From Candidatus Latescibacterota bacterium (lineage in GTDB: Bacteria; Latescibacterota; UBA2968; UBA8231): a stretch of DNA of 64,000 bases. Of the stretch, positions 18,006-28,176 are shown one piece after another (within the stretch, counting starts at the first letter, position 1; every line of letters starts with the position of its first letter). The stretch covers positions 32,001 through 96,000 of the forward strand of contig CBDBIJ010000058.1 of NCBI GenBank assembly GCA_965205655.1. The letters are read 5' to 3'. The position numbers were made by a program, and so were the translations under genes. Below the pieces are notes generated by a model that was not told the DNA's origin, did no database searches, and saw only the letters and a list, made by a program, of their open reading frames with translations.

Positions 18006-19259
18006 GTGACGTACGAACTATTCATCGCTCGCCGCTACCTTCAATCAAAACAGAAAACGGGATTCATCTCGATCATCTCCTTCATCGCCGTGAGCGGTGT
18101 CATCCTCGGCGTGGCTGCCCTCATCATCATGCTGTCGGTGACGAACGGCTTCACCGGCGAGGTCAGGAACAGGCTCATCGGCATGAACGCCCACGTGAAG
18201 ATCGTGAAGTACCACGGCGAGGGGATTGATCAGTACGAAGATCTTATCGAACAGGTGAGAGCCGTGGACGGTGTCGCCTCAGCCGCTCCCGTCATTGAGG
18301 GAAAACTGGTCCTGACCAACCTCAAGGACATGGACGGCGTTCTGCTGTGGGGGGTGGACGGCGACAGTTTCGCTGCCGTCTCCGATCTGACCGATCACCT
18401 CCAGTACGATCCGGACAAGAAGCTGCAATTCGGCCTGCCGCCGGGGCGGGAGTCGCCCGGCATCGTCCTCGGGGCTTTCCTGGCAAGCCGGCTGCGTGTG
18501 GGACCGGGTGATGACGTATACCTGGTAACGCTCAAGGACCTGGATTTCGAGGATGTGGTCATGGGGGGAATAACCCCCAGGCTCAAATCGTTCGTCGTCA
18601 CCGATCTGTTTGAAACCGGGATGTACCACTACGACGCCAGTTCCGTCTTTATTTCGCTCCAGGAGGCGCAGCGAACTCTCGGCCTGGGCGAAGCCATCAC
18701 CAGCGTCCACCTTCGCGTCGACGAACTCGACGAGGCCGTGGCGATTCGCCGGCAACTGAAGCACACTCTCGGCTATCCGTACAAGGTGACCGACTGGACT
18801 CAAGAATTTCCGGAGCTGTTCCAGTGGATGGAGCTGGAAAAGTGGGTAATTTTCATTGCCCTGAGCCTCATCATCCTCGTCGCGGCGTTCAATATCATGT
18901 CGATTCTGAGCATGTCCATCCTCATCAAAACGCCCGAAATCGGAATCTTGAGGGCGATGGGGGCGAGGGCGAAGGGAATCCGGCGAATTTTCGTCTATCA
19001 GGGTCTCTTCATCGGCGGTTTCGGAACTCTCCTCGGCTGTCTGACGGGATTCGTCGTCTGCTGGCTGCAGGACCGTTTTGACTTGATTTCGCTTCCCGCC
19101 GATATCTACATCATCAGTGCCCTGCCCGTCGATATGCAGCCGCAGGACTTCGCCATCGTGTCGCTCGTCAGTCTCAGCATCTGCTTGCTGGCGTCCTCAT
19201 ACCCGGCACGCAAGGCATCAGCGCTGCAGCCGGTGGAGGCCATCAGGTATGTCATGTAG
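18006..19259 (+). CDS. lolC: Lipoprotein-releasing ABC permease, LolC/LolE family
   Basis: ELFIARRYL, GVAALIIMLSVTNGF, VAAFNI, EIGILRAMGA, YPARKAS.L.PVEAIRY. Confidence 0.88.
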   Translation: MTYELFIARRYLQSKQKTGFISIISFIAVSGVILGVAALIIMLSVTNGFTGEVRNRLIGMNAHVKIVKYHGEGIDQYEDLIEQVRAVDGVASAAPVIEGKLVLTNLKDMDGVLLWGVDGDSFAAVSDLTDHLQYDPDKKLQFGLPPGRESPGIVLGAFLASRLRVGPGDDVYLVTLKDLDFEDVVMGGITPRLKSFVVTDLFETGMYHYDASSVFISLQEAQRTLGLGEAITSVHLRVDELDEAVAIRRQLKHTLGYPYKVTDWTQEFPELFQWMELEKWVIFIALSLIILVAAFNIMSILSMSILIKTPEIGILRAMGARAKGIRRIFVYQGLFIGGFGTLLGCLTGFVVCWLQDRFDLISLPADIYIISALPVDMQPQDFAIVSLVSLSICLLASSYPARKASALQPVEAIRYVM

Positions 19260-19274
19260 TCGGAGGTATGCGGA

Positions 19275-20009
19275 TTGACGGCGCCTGACCACACCACCTC
19301 AGACGCGGCGCTGCGGGCGAGGGGAATACGAAAGGTCTACCGGTCGGGAGCCGAGGAGTTGGAGATCCTCAGAAACATCGACCTCGAAGTGCACCGGGGA
19401 GAGGTGCTGGCGATCACCGGCCCGTCCGGCGTCGGCAAGAGCACGCTGCTGCACATTCTGGGCACACTCGACCGACCTTCAGACGGCGATCTGGAGATCT
19501 GTTCTCAGGACGTGCTTGGGCTCAACTCGGACGAGCTAGCCGATTTTCGCAATCGACATATCGGCTTTGTATTCCAGTTTCACAATCTGCTGCCCGAGTT
19601 CACGGCGCTCGAGAATGTTCTGCTGCCGGCCATGATTCGCTCGCCGGCACGCGGAGGAGGGGGAGGAGTGAAAGAGCGCGGCCCCCGGGCGGTGGAAGAA
19701 AGGGCGGTGGAGCTTCTGGACCGCGTCGGGCTGCAGAGGCGTCTCCATCACCGCCCGGGAGAGCTATCGGGGGGTGAATGTCAGCGTGTCGCCGTCGTCC
19801 GGGCCCTCATCATGAACCCCTTCCTCGTGCTGGCGGACGAGCCCTCCGGAAACCTGGATGCCCAGGCCAGCGAGGTGCTCCACGACATCATCATGGAGCT
19901 GGCCAACTCCGAAAATCAGACATTCATGGTCATGACTCACGACCGTACTCTGGCGGCCAGACTCGATCGCGCCGGATACCTCGAAGCGGGTATCCTGCAT
20001 CTGAACTGA
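19275..20009 (+). CDS. lolD: Lipoprotein-releasing ABC ATPase
   Basis: GPSGVGKSTLL, IGFVFQFHNLLPEFTALENV, LSGGECQR, LADEPSGNLD. Confidence 0.9.
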   Translation: MTAPDHTTSDAALRARGIRKVYRSGAEELEILRNIDLEVHRGEVLAITGPSGVGKSTLLHILGTLDRPSDGDLEICSQDVLGLNSDELADFRNRHIGFVFQFHNLLPEFTALENVLLPAMIRSPARGGGGGVKERGPRAVEERAVELLDRVGLQRRLHHRPGELSGGECQRVAVVRALIMNPFLVLADEPSGNLDAQASEVLHDIIMELANSENQTFMVMTHDRTLAARLDRAGYLEAGILHLN

Positions 20010-20710
20010 TGGCACAGAATTCGCCGTCCTCGATGTGCGAATCCTGCGGGGAGCAGGAAGCGACTATCCTGTTTACGCGAATCGAAGCCGACGAGAAGCA
20101 GACACTCAGGCTGTGCTCGGCCTGCGCTTCTCGAGAGGCCGAGCGGGCTGGAACAGCGCCAAAGAAGAAGCGGGATTTAAAGACTTCCGCGAAAGCGCCG
20201 GCCAAGAAAATCAAAGCAGGGCAGCCAATCGAGGACGGGACAGAGAAGAAAGTCGTGGAGGTCAATGTCGTCGTCGGACATCTGGCCAAGACGAAGAGTG
20301 GCAAATCGGTTCCGTGCCCGCGATGTGGCATGACCTACGAGCAGTTTCGCAAGGGGGGCCGCTTCGGATGCAGCGACTGCTACGAAGCTTTCTCATCGGA
20401 GCTGGGACGACTCTTCAAGCGAATCCACAGAGCCGAGCAACACGCCGGGAAGAGCCCGCAGGCTCCACCGGAGGCGGTCGACGATGAGGTTGCGGCGGAT
20501 CGCGGGCAGCCGAGGGGCGAGCGCACGTCGCAAATAGTTTCCGCGGGGGAGGAAATTCCCGCCGATATCGCGACTCGTGAGGCGGAGCTGGCGCAGCTCA
20601 GCGCGCAGCTGGAGGAAGCCGTGCAGAAGGAGGACTACGAGCGAGCTGCCGAGCTTCGCGATCGAATCGCAAACCTGGAAACCGTCGGGCCAGACGACGA
20701 AGGCTTGTAG
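20009..20710 (+). CDS. mcsA: Protein-arginine kinase activator (CXXC zinc sites plus UVR domain)
   Basis: TGATG coupling to lolD; CESC, CSAC, CPRC, GRFGCSDCY, IH...H.GK.P, EDYERAAELRD. Confidence 0.9.
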   Translation: MAQNSPSSMCESCGEQEATILFTRIEADEKQTLRLCSACASREAERAGTAPKKKRDLKTSAKAPAKKIKAGQPIEDGTEKKVVEVNVVVGHLAKTKSGKSVPCPRCGMTYEQFRKGGRFGCSDCYEAFSSELGRLFKRIHRAEQHAGKSPQAPPEAVDDEVAADRGQPRGERTSQIVSAGEEIPADIATREAELAQLSAQLEEAVQKEDYERAAELRDRIANLETVGPDDEGL

Positions 20711-20723
20711 CTACGAAGGTAGG

Positions 20724-21818
20724 ATGGAACTGCACAATCTCGTACAGTCGGCGCCGAGCTGGCTGAGCGGCACCGACGATGCCGGCGGCATCGTCATCAG
20801 CTGCCGGGTACGCCTGGCGAGAAACTTGGCTTCATACCCATTCACCTCAGCGATATCGGTGTCGGAGCAAGAGCGCCTGATCGAGGCGGTGTTGGGAGCC
20901 GCGAAAGGCAGCGCCCAACTCGCCACAGCGAACTTCTTCAACATGGGGACCCTCGACCGCAACGATCGTCGCGTTCTCGTGGAGCGCCACCTCATCTCTC
21001 CGGCCCTCGCAGACGGGAAAGGGCAGCGGGGCGTCCTGTTCAACGCCGACGAATCGCTCAGTGCCATGATCAACGAGGAGGACCACCTGCGCCTCCAGGC
21101 CATCGTCTCCGGGCAGCGCGCCGCCGAAGCATGGGATAGCGTCAACGCGCTGGACGACGAACTCGCCGGAAGCCTGGAGTGCGCCTATTCACAGAAACTG
21201 GGATATCTGACTGCCTGCCCGACGAACACGGGGACCGGACTGCGCGTGTCCGTCCTCATGCATCTCCCGGCTCTCGTGCTCACCGAGGATATGGAGCGCG
21301 TCATGCAAGGGCTCAGTCAACTCTCATTTACCGTGCGGGGCGTCTACGGTGAGGGGACGAACGCCGCCGGAAACCTGTTTCAGGTGTCGAACCAGTCGAC
21401 TCTGGGAAGCTCGGAGAATAAGATCGTCGAAGGGCTCGTCGGTATCACCCGGAGCCTCGTAGAGTTCGAGCGCGATGCTCAGGAAACTTTGATCGCTGAG
21501 GCGCGTTCTCAAGTGGAAGACAAGGTGTGGCGGGCATTCGGTTTGCTTGCGAATGCCCGAGTCCTCAGCAGTCAGGAATTCATGAATCTCCTATCGGCGG
21601 TGCGGTTGGGGTTCAGCCTCTCGCTCATAGAGCACATCCCCCCGAGCTTCATGAACTATCTGATGATTGTTACCCAACCCGCCCACCTGCAGGCCGACGC
21701 CCAGAAAGGGCTGCAGCCGGAGGAACGAGACCTGCGACGGGCCGAAATCGTGCGCACGCGGTTCGAGGATCTGACCCGGCCTCGCCCGGAAGACGGAGTG
21801 CCGCCCGCCCAAGGTTGA
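20724..21818 (+). CDS. mcsB: Protein-arginine kinase
   Basis: ISCRVRLARNL, LVERHLIS, INEEDHLR, GYLTACPTNTGTGLR, FQVSNQ.TLG.SE. Confidence 0.95.
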   Translation: MELHNLVQSAPSWLSGTDDAGGIVISCRVRLARNLASYPFTSAISVSEQERLIEAVLGAAKGSAQLATANFFNMGTLDRNDRRVLVERHLISPALADGKGQRGVLFNADESLSAMINEEDHLRLQAIVSGQRAAEAWDSVNALDDELAGSLECAYSQKLGYLTACPTNTGTGLRVSVLMHLPALVLTEDMERVMQGLSQLSFTVRGVYGEGTNAAGNLFQVSNQSTLGSSENKIVEGLVGITRSLVEFERDAQETLIAEARSQVEDKVWRAFGLLANARVLSSQEFMNLLSAVRLGFSLSLIEHIPPSFMNYLMIVTQPAHLQADAQKGLQPEERDLRRAEIVRTRFEDLTRPRPEDGVPPAQG

Positions 21819-21917
21819 TCTCACCGAGCATTGCCACGGGCATAAAACATCCGGGGTCGGGGGACGTAACGGGCGCTGTGATTGGCGCCCGGTCGGGTGT
21901 AGCAATAGCGGCTGCGC

Positions 21918-21946
21918 TTGACAACAAATCACCATTTTGGTACGTT
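21918..21946 (+). promoter_or_regulatory. Putative sigma70 promoter (extended -10) for clpC
   Basis: TTGACA-17 nt-TACGTT with TG preceding the -10. Confidence 0.7.
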
Positions 21947-22029
21947 GAAAATTCCGGGGAGTTGCGATAGGTTCCCGTTTTTATAGGGACTTACGCCGGC
22001 TCGCCGGGCACTCAGGAGGACAGCGGTTC

Positions 22030-24498
22030 ATGAATAACATGTTTACGGATGGGGTCAAACGGGTGATGCAGTACGCCCGCGAAGAGTCGGCGCGGCTGGG
22101 CCACAACTACATCGGCACCGAGCATCTCCTTCTCGGCATTATCAAGGAGGGCAAGGGCAAGGCGGTGACGGTTCTGACGAACCTGGGGCTCAACCTCGAG
22201 ACGGTGAAGCAGTCGGTGGAGGACTATGTGGCCACCTCCGGCGGCACGATGACGATCGGCGAGGTGCCCTTCACGCCGCGCGCGAAGCAGATCCTGGAGG
22301 TGGCGGCCAACGAGGCCAAGGAGATGAAGACCCAGTTCGTGGACGTGGAGCACCTCCTTCTCGCGCTGCTCAAAGACAAGGAAGGAGTGGCGGCGCAGAT
22401 TCTGGCGGCCTTCGGTGTCGACTACAAAACGGTACTCGAAGAAACAGTGGCCGTCCTGGAGGGGAAAACCACCGGACAGAAGGAGAAGGGGAAGAAGAGC
22501 AAGACCCCCTTCCTCGACCACTTCGGTCGCGATCTGACGCAACTTGCCCGGGAGGGGAAGCTGGATCCGGTGATCGGCCGGGAGAAGGAGATCGAGCGAG
22601 TCACACAGATTCTCTCCCGCCGCAAGAAAAACAACCCCATCCTCATCGGCGATCCAGGTGTTGGCAAGACCGCCATCGTAGAGGGACTGGCCCAGCTCGT
22701 GGTCGAGAAGCGGGTTCCCCAGATCCTGCTCGACAAGCGGTTGGTGACCCTCGACATGGGAGGGGTAGTGGCCGGCACCAAGTACCGGGGCCAGTTCGAG
22801 GAACGCATCAAGGCCGTGTTGAACGAACTGCAGCAGAACCCGGATGTCGTCATCTTCATCGATGAGCTTCACACTATCGTCGGTGCCGGCAGCGCCGAGG
22901 GGACGCTCGACGCCTCCAACATGTTCAAGCCCGCTCTATCGCGCGGCGAGCTGCAGTGCATCGGCGCCACGACTCTGGACGAATACCGCAAATACATCGA
23001 AAAGGACGGGGCGCTCGAGCGGCGGTTTCAGACTATCATGGTCGAGCCGCCCAGCGTGCCGGATACCGTCGAGATCGTCAAGGGACTGCGCTCGAACTAC
23101 GAGGCGCACCACCACGTGACATTTTCCGACGAGGTCATCACCTACGCCGTGCGGCAGGCCGACCGCTACATCTCCGATCGGTATCTTCCGGACAAGGCGA
23201 TCGACGTCATCGACGAGACTGGCTCGAGGGTTCACCTGGCGAGGCTGAGTCCGCCTGATGAGATCGGCCAGCTCGAGGCGAAGATCCAAGAAGTCGACCG
23301 CCGCAAGCTCGAGTGCTCGGAGCGTCAGGAGTTCGAGGAGGCGGCGAAGCTCCGCGATGAAGCACTCACCCAGCGAGAGGCACTGCAACAGAAGCGCCGG
23401 TCGTGGGAGGAGGAGGTGCGCAGCGAAGTCGTGGAGGTGACCGACGACGACATCGCCGAGGTGGTCTCGTCCATGTCGGGAGTGCCGATTCAGCGTCTGG
23501 CCGCCAGTGAAAGCGAGCGCCTGCTCGCCATGGAGGAGGAACTGAGGAAGGTCGTCGTGGGTCAGGAGCAGGCCGTGGCCACAGTGTCGAGAGCCATCAG
23601 GCGCAGCCGGGCGGGGTTGCAGGACCCGAAGCAACCGATCGGTTCATTCATCTTTCTCGGACCCACGGGCGTCGGCAAGACGTATCTGGCGGCGAAGCTG
23701 GCCGAGTTTCTGTTCGGTGATGAAGACTCTCTCATCACCGTCGACATGTCCGAATACATGGAGAAGTTTTCCGTGTCGCGCCTCATCGGGGCCCCACCGG
23801 GCTACGTCGGCTTCGACGAAGGGGGTCAGCTCACAGAGCGGGTGCGACGGCGTCCGTATTCGGTGGTGCTGCTCGACGAGATAGAGAAAGCCCATCCCGA
23901 CGTCTTCAACATCCTGCTTCAGATCCTCGATGAGGGACGGCTCACGGACAGCACGGGTCGCAAAGTCGACTTCCGCAACACCGTTCTCATCATGACGTCG
24001 AATGTTGGCAGCAGGGAGGTCGGCTCGGGCGGAGTTCTCGGCTTCCAGAAATCAGATGCCGACTCGTTTCAGAAGATCCTGGAGGGCAAGATCACGGACG
24101 CCATGAAGAAGACGTTCAATCCGGAGTTTCTCAACCGGATCGACGATACCGTCATCTTCCACACGCTGCGAAAAGAGGATATCACCGCCATCATCGAGAT
24201 CGTCCTGGCCGAGTTCGAGACCAGACTGGAGGACCGCGACACCGCCCTGAGAGTGACTCCGGGCGCCAAGAGCCTGATCGCAGAAAAGGGATTCGACCAG
24301 ACCTTCGGGGCGCGCTACCTCAAGCGCACGATCCAGAAGCTCCTCGAGGACCCCCTCGCCGAAGAAATCCTTCAGGGTCGCTTCAGCGATGGCAGCCGGA
24401 TTCGGGTTACCAAGAAGGGGGAGGCTCTCGTCTTCGACGATGAGCGGGAACCCCGCGAGGCCGTAGACGCAGAGAAAGAGGAAGAGGCGGCCACATAG
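22030..24498 (+). CDS. clpC: ATP-dependent Clp protease ATP-binding subunit ClpC
   Basis: Double Clp-N repeat, [11 protein letters not shown] middle domain, [20 protein letters not shown] ClpP-binding loop; follows mcsAB. Confidence 0.96.
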   Translation: MNNMFTDGVKRVMQYAREESARLGHNYIGTEHLLLGIIKEGKGKAVTVLTNLGLNLETVKQSVEDYVATSGGTMTIGEVPFTPRAKQILEVAANEAKEMKTQFVDVEHLLLALLKDKEGVAAQILAAFGVDYKTVLEETVAVLEGKTTGQKEKGKKSKTPFLDHFGRDLTQLAREGKLDPVIGREKEIERVTQILSRRKKNNPILIGDPGVGKTAIVEGLAQLVVEKRVPQILLDKRLVTLDMGGVVAGTKYRGQFEERIKAVLNELQQNPDVVIFIDELHTIVGAGSAEGTLDASNMFKPALSRGELQCIGATTLDEYRKYIEKDGALERRFQTIMVEPPSVPDTVEIVKGLRSNYEAHHHVTFSDEVITYAVRQADRYISDRYLPDKAIDVIDETGSRVHLARLSPPDEIGQLEAKIQEVDRRKLECSERQEFEEAAKLRDEALTQREALQQKRRSWEEEVRSEVVEVTDDDIAEVVSSMSGVPIQRLAASESERLLAMEEELRKVVVGQEQAVATVSRAIRRSRAGLQDPKQPIGSFIFLGPTGVGKTYLAAKLAEFLFGDEDSLITVDMSEYMEKFSVSRLIGAPPGYVGFDEGGQLTERVRRRPYSVVLLDEIEKAHPDVFNILLQILDEGRLTDSTGRKVDFRNTVLIMTSNVGSREVGSGGVLGFQKSDADSFQKILEGKITDAMKKTFNPEFLNRIDDTVIFHTLRKEDITAIIEIVLAEFETRLEDRDTALRVTPGAKSLIAEKGFDQTFGARYLKRTIQKLLEDPLAEEILQGRFSDGSRIRVTKKGEALVFDDEREPREAVDAEKEEEAAT

Positions 24499-24542
24499 TT
24501 GTGCAGATAGAGGACTGGAACTGCGGTCCGCACAAAAGAAAG

Positions 24543-24596
24543 AAGAGCCGCTCTGTCTACGAACTGGAGGCGTGAGAGTAGATAGCGCGGCTCTTT
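24543..24596 (+). terminator. Hairpin between clpC and bamA (probable terminator)
   Basis: AAGAGCCGCTCTGTCTAC / GTAGATAGCGCGGCTCTT, ~18-bp imperfect stem. Confidence 0.55.
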
Positions 24597-24621
24597 CAAG
24601 TTCGGACACGCCGGAGACTAG

Positions 24622-26955
24622 ATGAGAGACACATCCAAAATCATGAAACGGACCGCCCGCTCGCGACTCCTCTTCGGCGTATGTCTGAGCGCGATGTTGA
24701 CGCTCTCATTCGTCGAGGTGTGTGCGGCACAACCCAACAAAATCAGCACCATTGCCGTGGAGGGAAAGCTGAACCGGGTGGCCGAATCCCTGATACTCTC
24801 GACTATCGGTTTGTCGGAGGGCGTGGAGCTGTCTCAGGAGAACGTCCAGGAGGCCATTCGCGCCTTGTGGGCTTTGAATGTTTTCGAGAACATCGAAATC
24901 TACGCGAAAGAAGCGGACGCCGAAGGTGTGAAGCTAATCGTCGTGGTGGAGGAATACCCCGCCCTGGAGGGGATACGCTTCAAGGGGCACAAGGAGCTCA
25001 AGGAAAAGGAGATGAAGGAGGCGATTGGCCTTGCAGACGGTCAGGTGCTCGCGCCCCGCGACGTCGCCAGAGGCGAACAGACCATTCTCGATCTCTACAA
25101 GGAGAAAGGCTACCTGCGAGCTGAAGTGAAAGGGAAGCTGTTCGACGCCGAGGAGGAGGGAGAGGTTTTTCTTCAATACGACATCGAGGAAGGCAAGAAG
25201 GTCAAGGTCGAACGGATCGATATCCAGAACAACGAGGCCTTCAGCGACGGCAAGATAGCAAAGCAAATGGAGACGAAGGAGAATCGCTGGTGGCGCAAGG
25301 GGGAATTCAAAAGCGAGACCTATCGTGAAGACAAGGAGCGCATACTCGCCTTCTACCGGAGCGAGGGTCATCAGCAGGCGAGCATCGTCCGCGACAGTGT
25401 CTATTACGACGATTCCCGGCAGAAGCTGTACATCGACTTGGAAGTAGAGGAGGGGAATCGCTACCGTCTGGGCGACGTCAGCTGGCAGGGCAATGATCTG
25501 TTCGGGAATGGCGAGCTGCGAGACCAACTGCGTCTCAAAGAGGGCGACGTGATGAAATTCTCCTCACCCGAGTTGGCCTATCTCGTCAAGTCGGCCTACT
25601 ATGAAAAGGGCTATCTCGACACCGAAGTCATTCCCGTCGAGCAGATCCGAGAGGACAGCGTCGACGTCGCTTTCCAGATCTTCGAGGGCGAGCCGTTTCG
25701 GATTCGGCGAATCGAAATCGCGGGGAACATCAAGACGCGCGAAAAAGTCCTGCGACGCGAGATCGAACTGCGCCCTGGGGCCGTTTTCAAGCAGAGTGAA
25801 CTGCAGGAAAGTCAGCGGCGCCTATTCATGCTCGGGTACTTCCGCGACGTACAGATCCGGGACGACTTCAGCCCCATAGCCGGGGACAAATCGGTGGACC
25901 TGACCTTCCATGTGGAGGAGCAGCAGACCGGCGCAGCCTCCATGGGAGCCGGCTACAGCGATCGTGACAGGCTGGTGGCAACCATCGGACTGCAGATCCC
26001 CAACCTGCGCGGCACCGGGCAGCGTCTCGATTTCAACTTGGAATACGGCCAGCGGCGAAACCGGTTTCTCGTCGGATTCACCGAGCCGTGGCTCTTCGAC
26101 ACACCGACGAGCCTTTCGGTACGGGGGTCGCTGTACAGCCAGCAGTATTACCGGAGCTTCGATTTCAAGAGGAAGTCGGTGAAGGTGCGCGTGGGGCGCC
26201 GCCTGAAAAAGCCGGCGCATTCGTCTATTTCGATGGGATACGAGATGCGGGGTGAGCGCTACAGCGATTTCGCAGACGACTACGAGGATCAGCGCAACTC
26301 GCCTCGATTCACGCCGCGCACGACGAGCAGCTTCGACTTGACCTTCCGCCGCGACACGAGGGATTTCCCGGATTTTCCCACCAAAGGCACGGTCTTTACC
26401 TACTCTCCGGAGATCGCCACCTCCGTCATCGCCGGCGACGTGGACTTCCACCGCCACGAGATGAACTTCAACTATTACCGGTCAAGCTGGTGGAAATTCG
26501 TCCTCGCCGTAGAAACGAAGGTCGCTCTCATAGACGGATTTTCCGGCTGGGATGACGAGCACATCTCCTTCTGGGACCGGTTTACACCTGGCGGTGTGGA
26601 CTGGTGGGATGGGCAGGTGCGCGGCTACCGGGACGGCTCTCTGGGGCCCCGGGATGAGCGCAACCGCTTTGAGGGCGGTCGCTCCATGATGACGATCAAC
26701 CTCGAGTACCGATTCCCCATCACCGAGCGCCAGGTCGTGGGTCTCGTCTTTGCCGACGCCGGCAATGCCTGGCGCCGCATTCCCGATGCGAATCCCTTCG
26801 ATCTCCGCCGGTCGGTGGGGGTGGGCTTCCGGGTCATCACACCGATGCTCGGCATGATCGGCTTCGATTTCGCCTACGGCTTCGACCGCAGAGACGTCGA
26901 CGAGCAGCCACCGGGCATGATAACCCACTTCCAATTCGGGCCGAGGTTCTTCTGA
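24622..26955 (+). CDS. bamA: Outer membrane protein assembly factor BamA
   Basis: Signal peptide; POTRA repeats (GNIKTREKVLRRE); VRGY motif; terminal FQFGPRFF. Confidence 0.95.
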   Translation: MRDTSKIMKRTARSRLLFGVCLSAMLTLSFVEVCAAQPNKISTIAVEGKLNRVAESLILSTIGLSEGVELSQENVQEAIRALWALNVFENIEIYAKEADAEGVKLIVVVEEYPALEGIRFKGHKELKEKEMKEAIGLADGQVLAPRDVARGEQTILDLYKEKGYLRAEVKGKLFDAEEEGEVFLQYDIEEGKKVKVERIDIQNNEAFSDGKIAKQMETKENRWWRKGEFKSETYREDKERILAFYRSEGHQQASIVRDSVYYDDSRQKLYIDLEVEEGNRYRLGDVSWQGNDLFGNGELRDQLRLKEGDVMKFSSPELAYLVKSAYYEKGYLDTEVIPVEQIREDSVDVAFQIFEGEPFRIRRIEIAGNIKTREKVLRREIELRPGAVFKQSELQESQRRLFMLGYFRDVQIRDDFSPIAGDKSVDLTFHVEEQQTGAASMGAGYSDRDRLVATIGLQIPNLRGTGQRLDFNLEYGQRRNRFLVGFTEPWLFDTPTSLSVRGSLYSQQYYRSFDFKRKSVKVRVGRRLKKPAHSSISMGYEMRGERYSDFADDYEDQRNSPRFTPRTTSSFDLTFRRDTRDFPDFPTKGTVFTYSPEIATSVIAGDVDFHRHEMNFNYYRSSWWKFVLAVETKVALIDGFSGWDDEHISFWDRFTPGGVDWWDGQVRGYRDGSLGPRDERNRFEGGRSMMTINLEYRFPITERQVVGLVFADAGNAWRRIPDANPFDLRRSVGVGFRVITPMLGMIGFDFAYGFDRRDVDEQPPGMITHFQFGPRFF

Positions 26956-27038
26956 CGACTGTAGGCGCTCCCGGAGCCCGGGAATCAGCGTTGCGTGCAG
27001 AAACGCAGCAATCATCGCAACAATGAGGACGTGAAGAC

Positions 27039-27600
27039 ATGAAGCGATCCGGTCCGATCCCCCTCCTCCTCGCGCTCGGAGTGGCCTTCCAGGCGTCGGC
27101 AGTGACGGCCGCTCAGAAGATAGGCTACATCGACTCGCAAGTTCTGCGCGAGAGGTTGCCGGAATTCAAGACGGCGCAGCGCAAGCTGGAGCGTCTCAAA
27201 CAGCAGTACGAGCAGGAAGCGGGGGAGCGGCAGAGCAAACTTCTCAGGCTTCAGGAGGATTTCAGGAAGCAGGAACTCCTCATGAGCGAAGCGCGCAAGG
27301 TCGAGATGCAAGCCCAGTTCGACGAGCGGGTACGCGAGCTCCAGGAGTTCACGGAATCGAAGTTCGGACCCGACGGCGAGCTCTTTCAGCAGAAACGTCA
27401 AACTGTCGTCGCCGATCTTCGAACAGGTGAACGCCGCCCTTGAGGTTCTCGCCATAGAAGAGGGGTTCGACTTCATTTTCGACGTCGCCATCAACGGTGC
27501 CATCGTCTACGCCGATCCCGATCGCTACAACCTGACGGCGCAGGTGCTGGAGCGGCTGGAGAAGGCGCGCGAAGAGCAGGAGAAGGCAAAGCAGCAATGA
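27039..27600 (+). CDS. skp: Periplasmic chaperone Skp/OmpH, interrupted by a 1-nt frameshift near 27393
   Basis: QKIGYIDSQ...FGPDGELFQQ, then in the next frame NVKLSSPIFEQVNAALEVLAIEEGFDFIFD...IVYADPDRYNLTAQVLERL, ending TGA 27600 overlapping the fabZ ATG. Confidence 0.88.
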
Positions 27601-28061
27601 CGGGGAGTTTCACGCCCCTCGACTCAGAGGCGATCAAGGCCCTTATCCCCCACCGAGATCCCTTCCTGCTGGTGGATAGAATCATCGAGATGGTGCCCGG
27701 TGAGAGAGTGGTCGCCGTGCGGAACGTGTCCGAGGGCGACTACTTTCTGCATGGTCATTTCCCCGGATACCCGGTTGTGCCGGGAGTGCTCATTCTTGAG
27801 TCGATGGCGCAAGCAGGTGCCGTCATGATGCTGGCGGCCAATGGCGACGCGAAAAACGGCGTCGCGGCGAAGCTTCCATTCTTCACCGGCGCCGACAAGG
27901 TGAAGTTCCGGCGGCAGGTCGTCCCGGGGGATCAACTGCGGCTCGAGCTGACAGTGCTCAGGCAGCGGGCCGACACCTGCCGCCTGGCGGGCAGAGCGTA
28001 TGTGGGTGACGAGCTCGCGGCAGAAGCTGAAATTCTCGCGGTCATGAGGGAGCGGGAATAG
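27597..28061 (+). CDS. fabZ: 3-hydroxyacyl-ACP dehydratase
   Basis: IPHRDPFLLVDRI, GHFPGYPVVPGVLILESMAQ, KFRRQVVPGDQL. Confidence 0.96.
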   Translation: MTGSFTPLDSEAIKALIPHRDPFLLVDRIIEMVPGERVVAVRNVSEGDYFLHGHFPGYPVVPGVLILESMAQAGAVMMLAANGDAKNGVAAKLPFFTGADKVKFRRQVVPGDQLRLELTVLRQRADTCRLAGRAYVGDELAAEAEILAVMRERE

Positions 28062-28073
28062 CGCCCGAACCGC

Positions 28074-28171
28074 GGAAGCAGAAAGACAAAGGCGCCCCGA
28101 CCGGGACGATATCGTCGTCGTCGACGACACGTCGTTCCGATCAGGGCGCCTTTCTTTGTTGCTGTGCTTCC
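28074..28171. terminator. Long imperfect hairpin between convergent genes (bidirectional terminator candidate)
   Basis: GGAAGCA..AAAGGCGCCCCGACCGGGACGA / TCGTTCCGATCAGGGCGCCTTT..TGCTTCC with A- and T-rich flanks. Confidence 0.7.
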
Positions 28172-28176
28172 TCTTC

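Noticed and set aside
21819..22029. CtsR or CIRCE operator before clpC
   Set aside because: No GGTCAAA direct repeat or TTAGCACTC-N9-GAGTGCTAA found.
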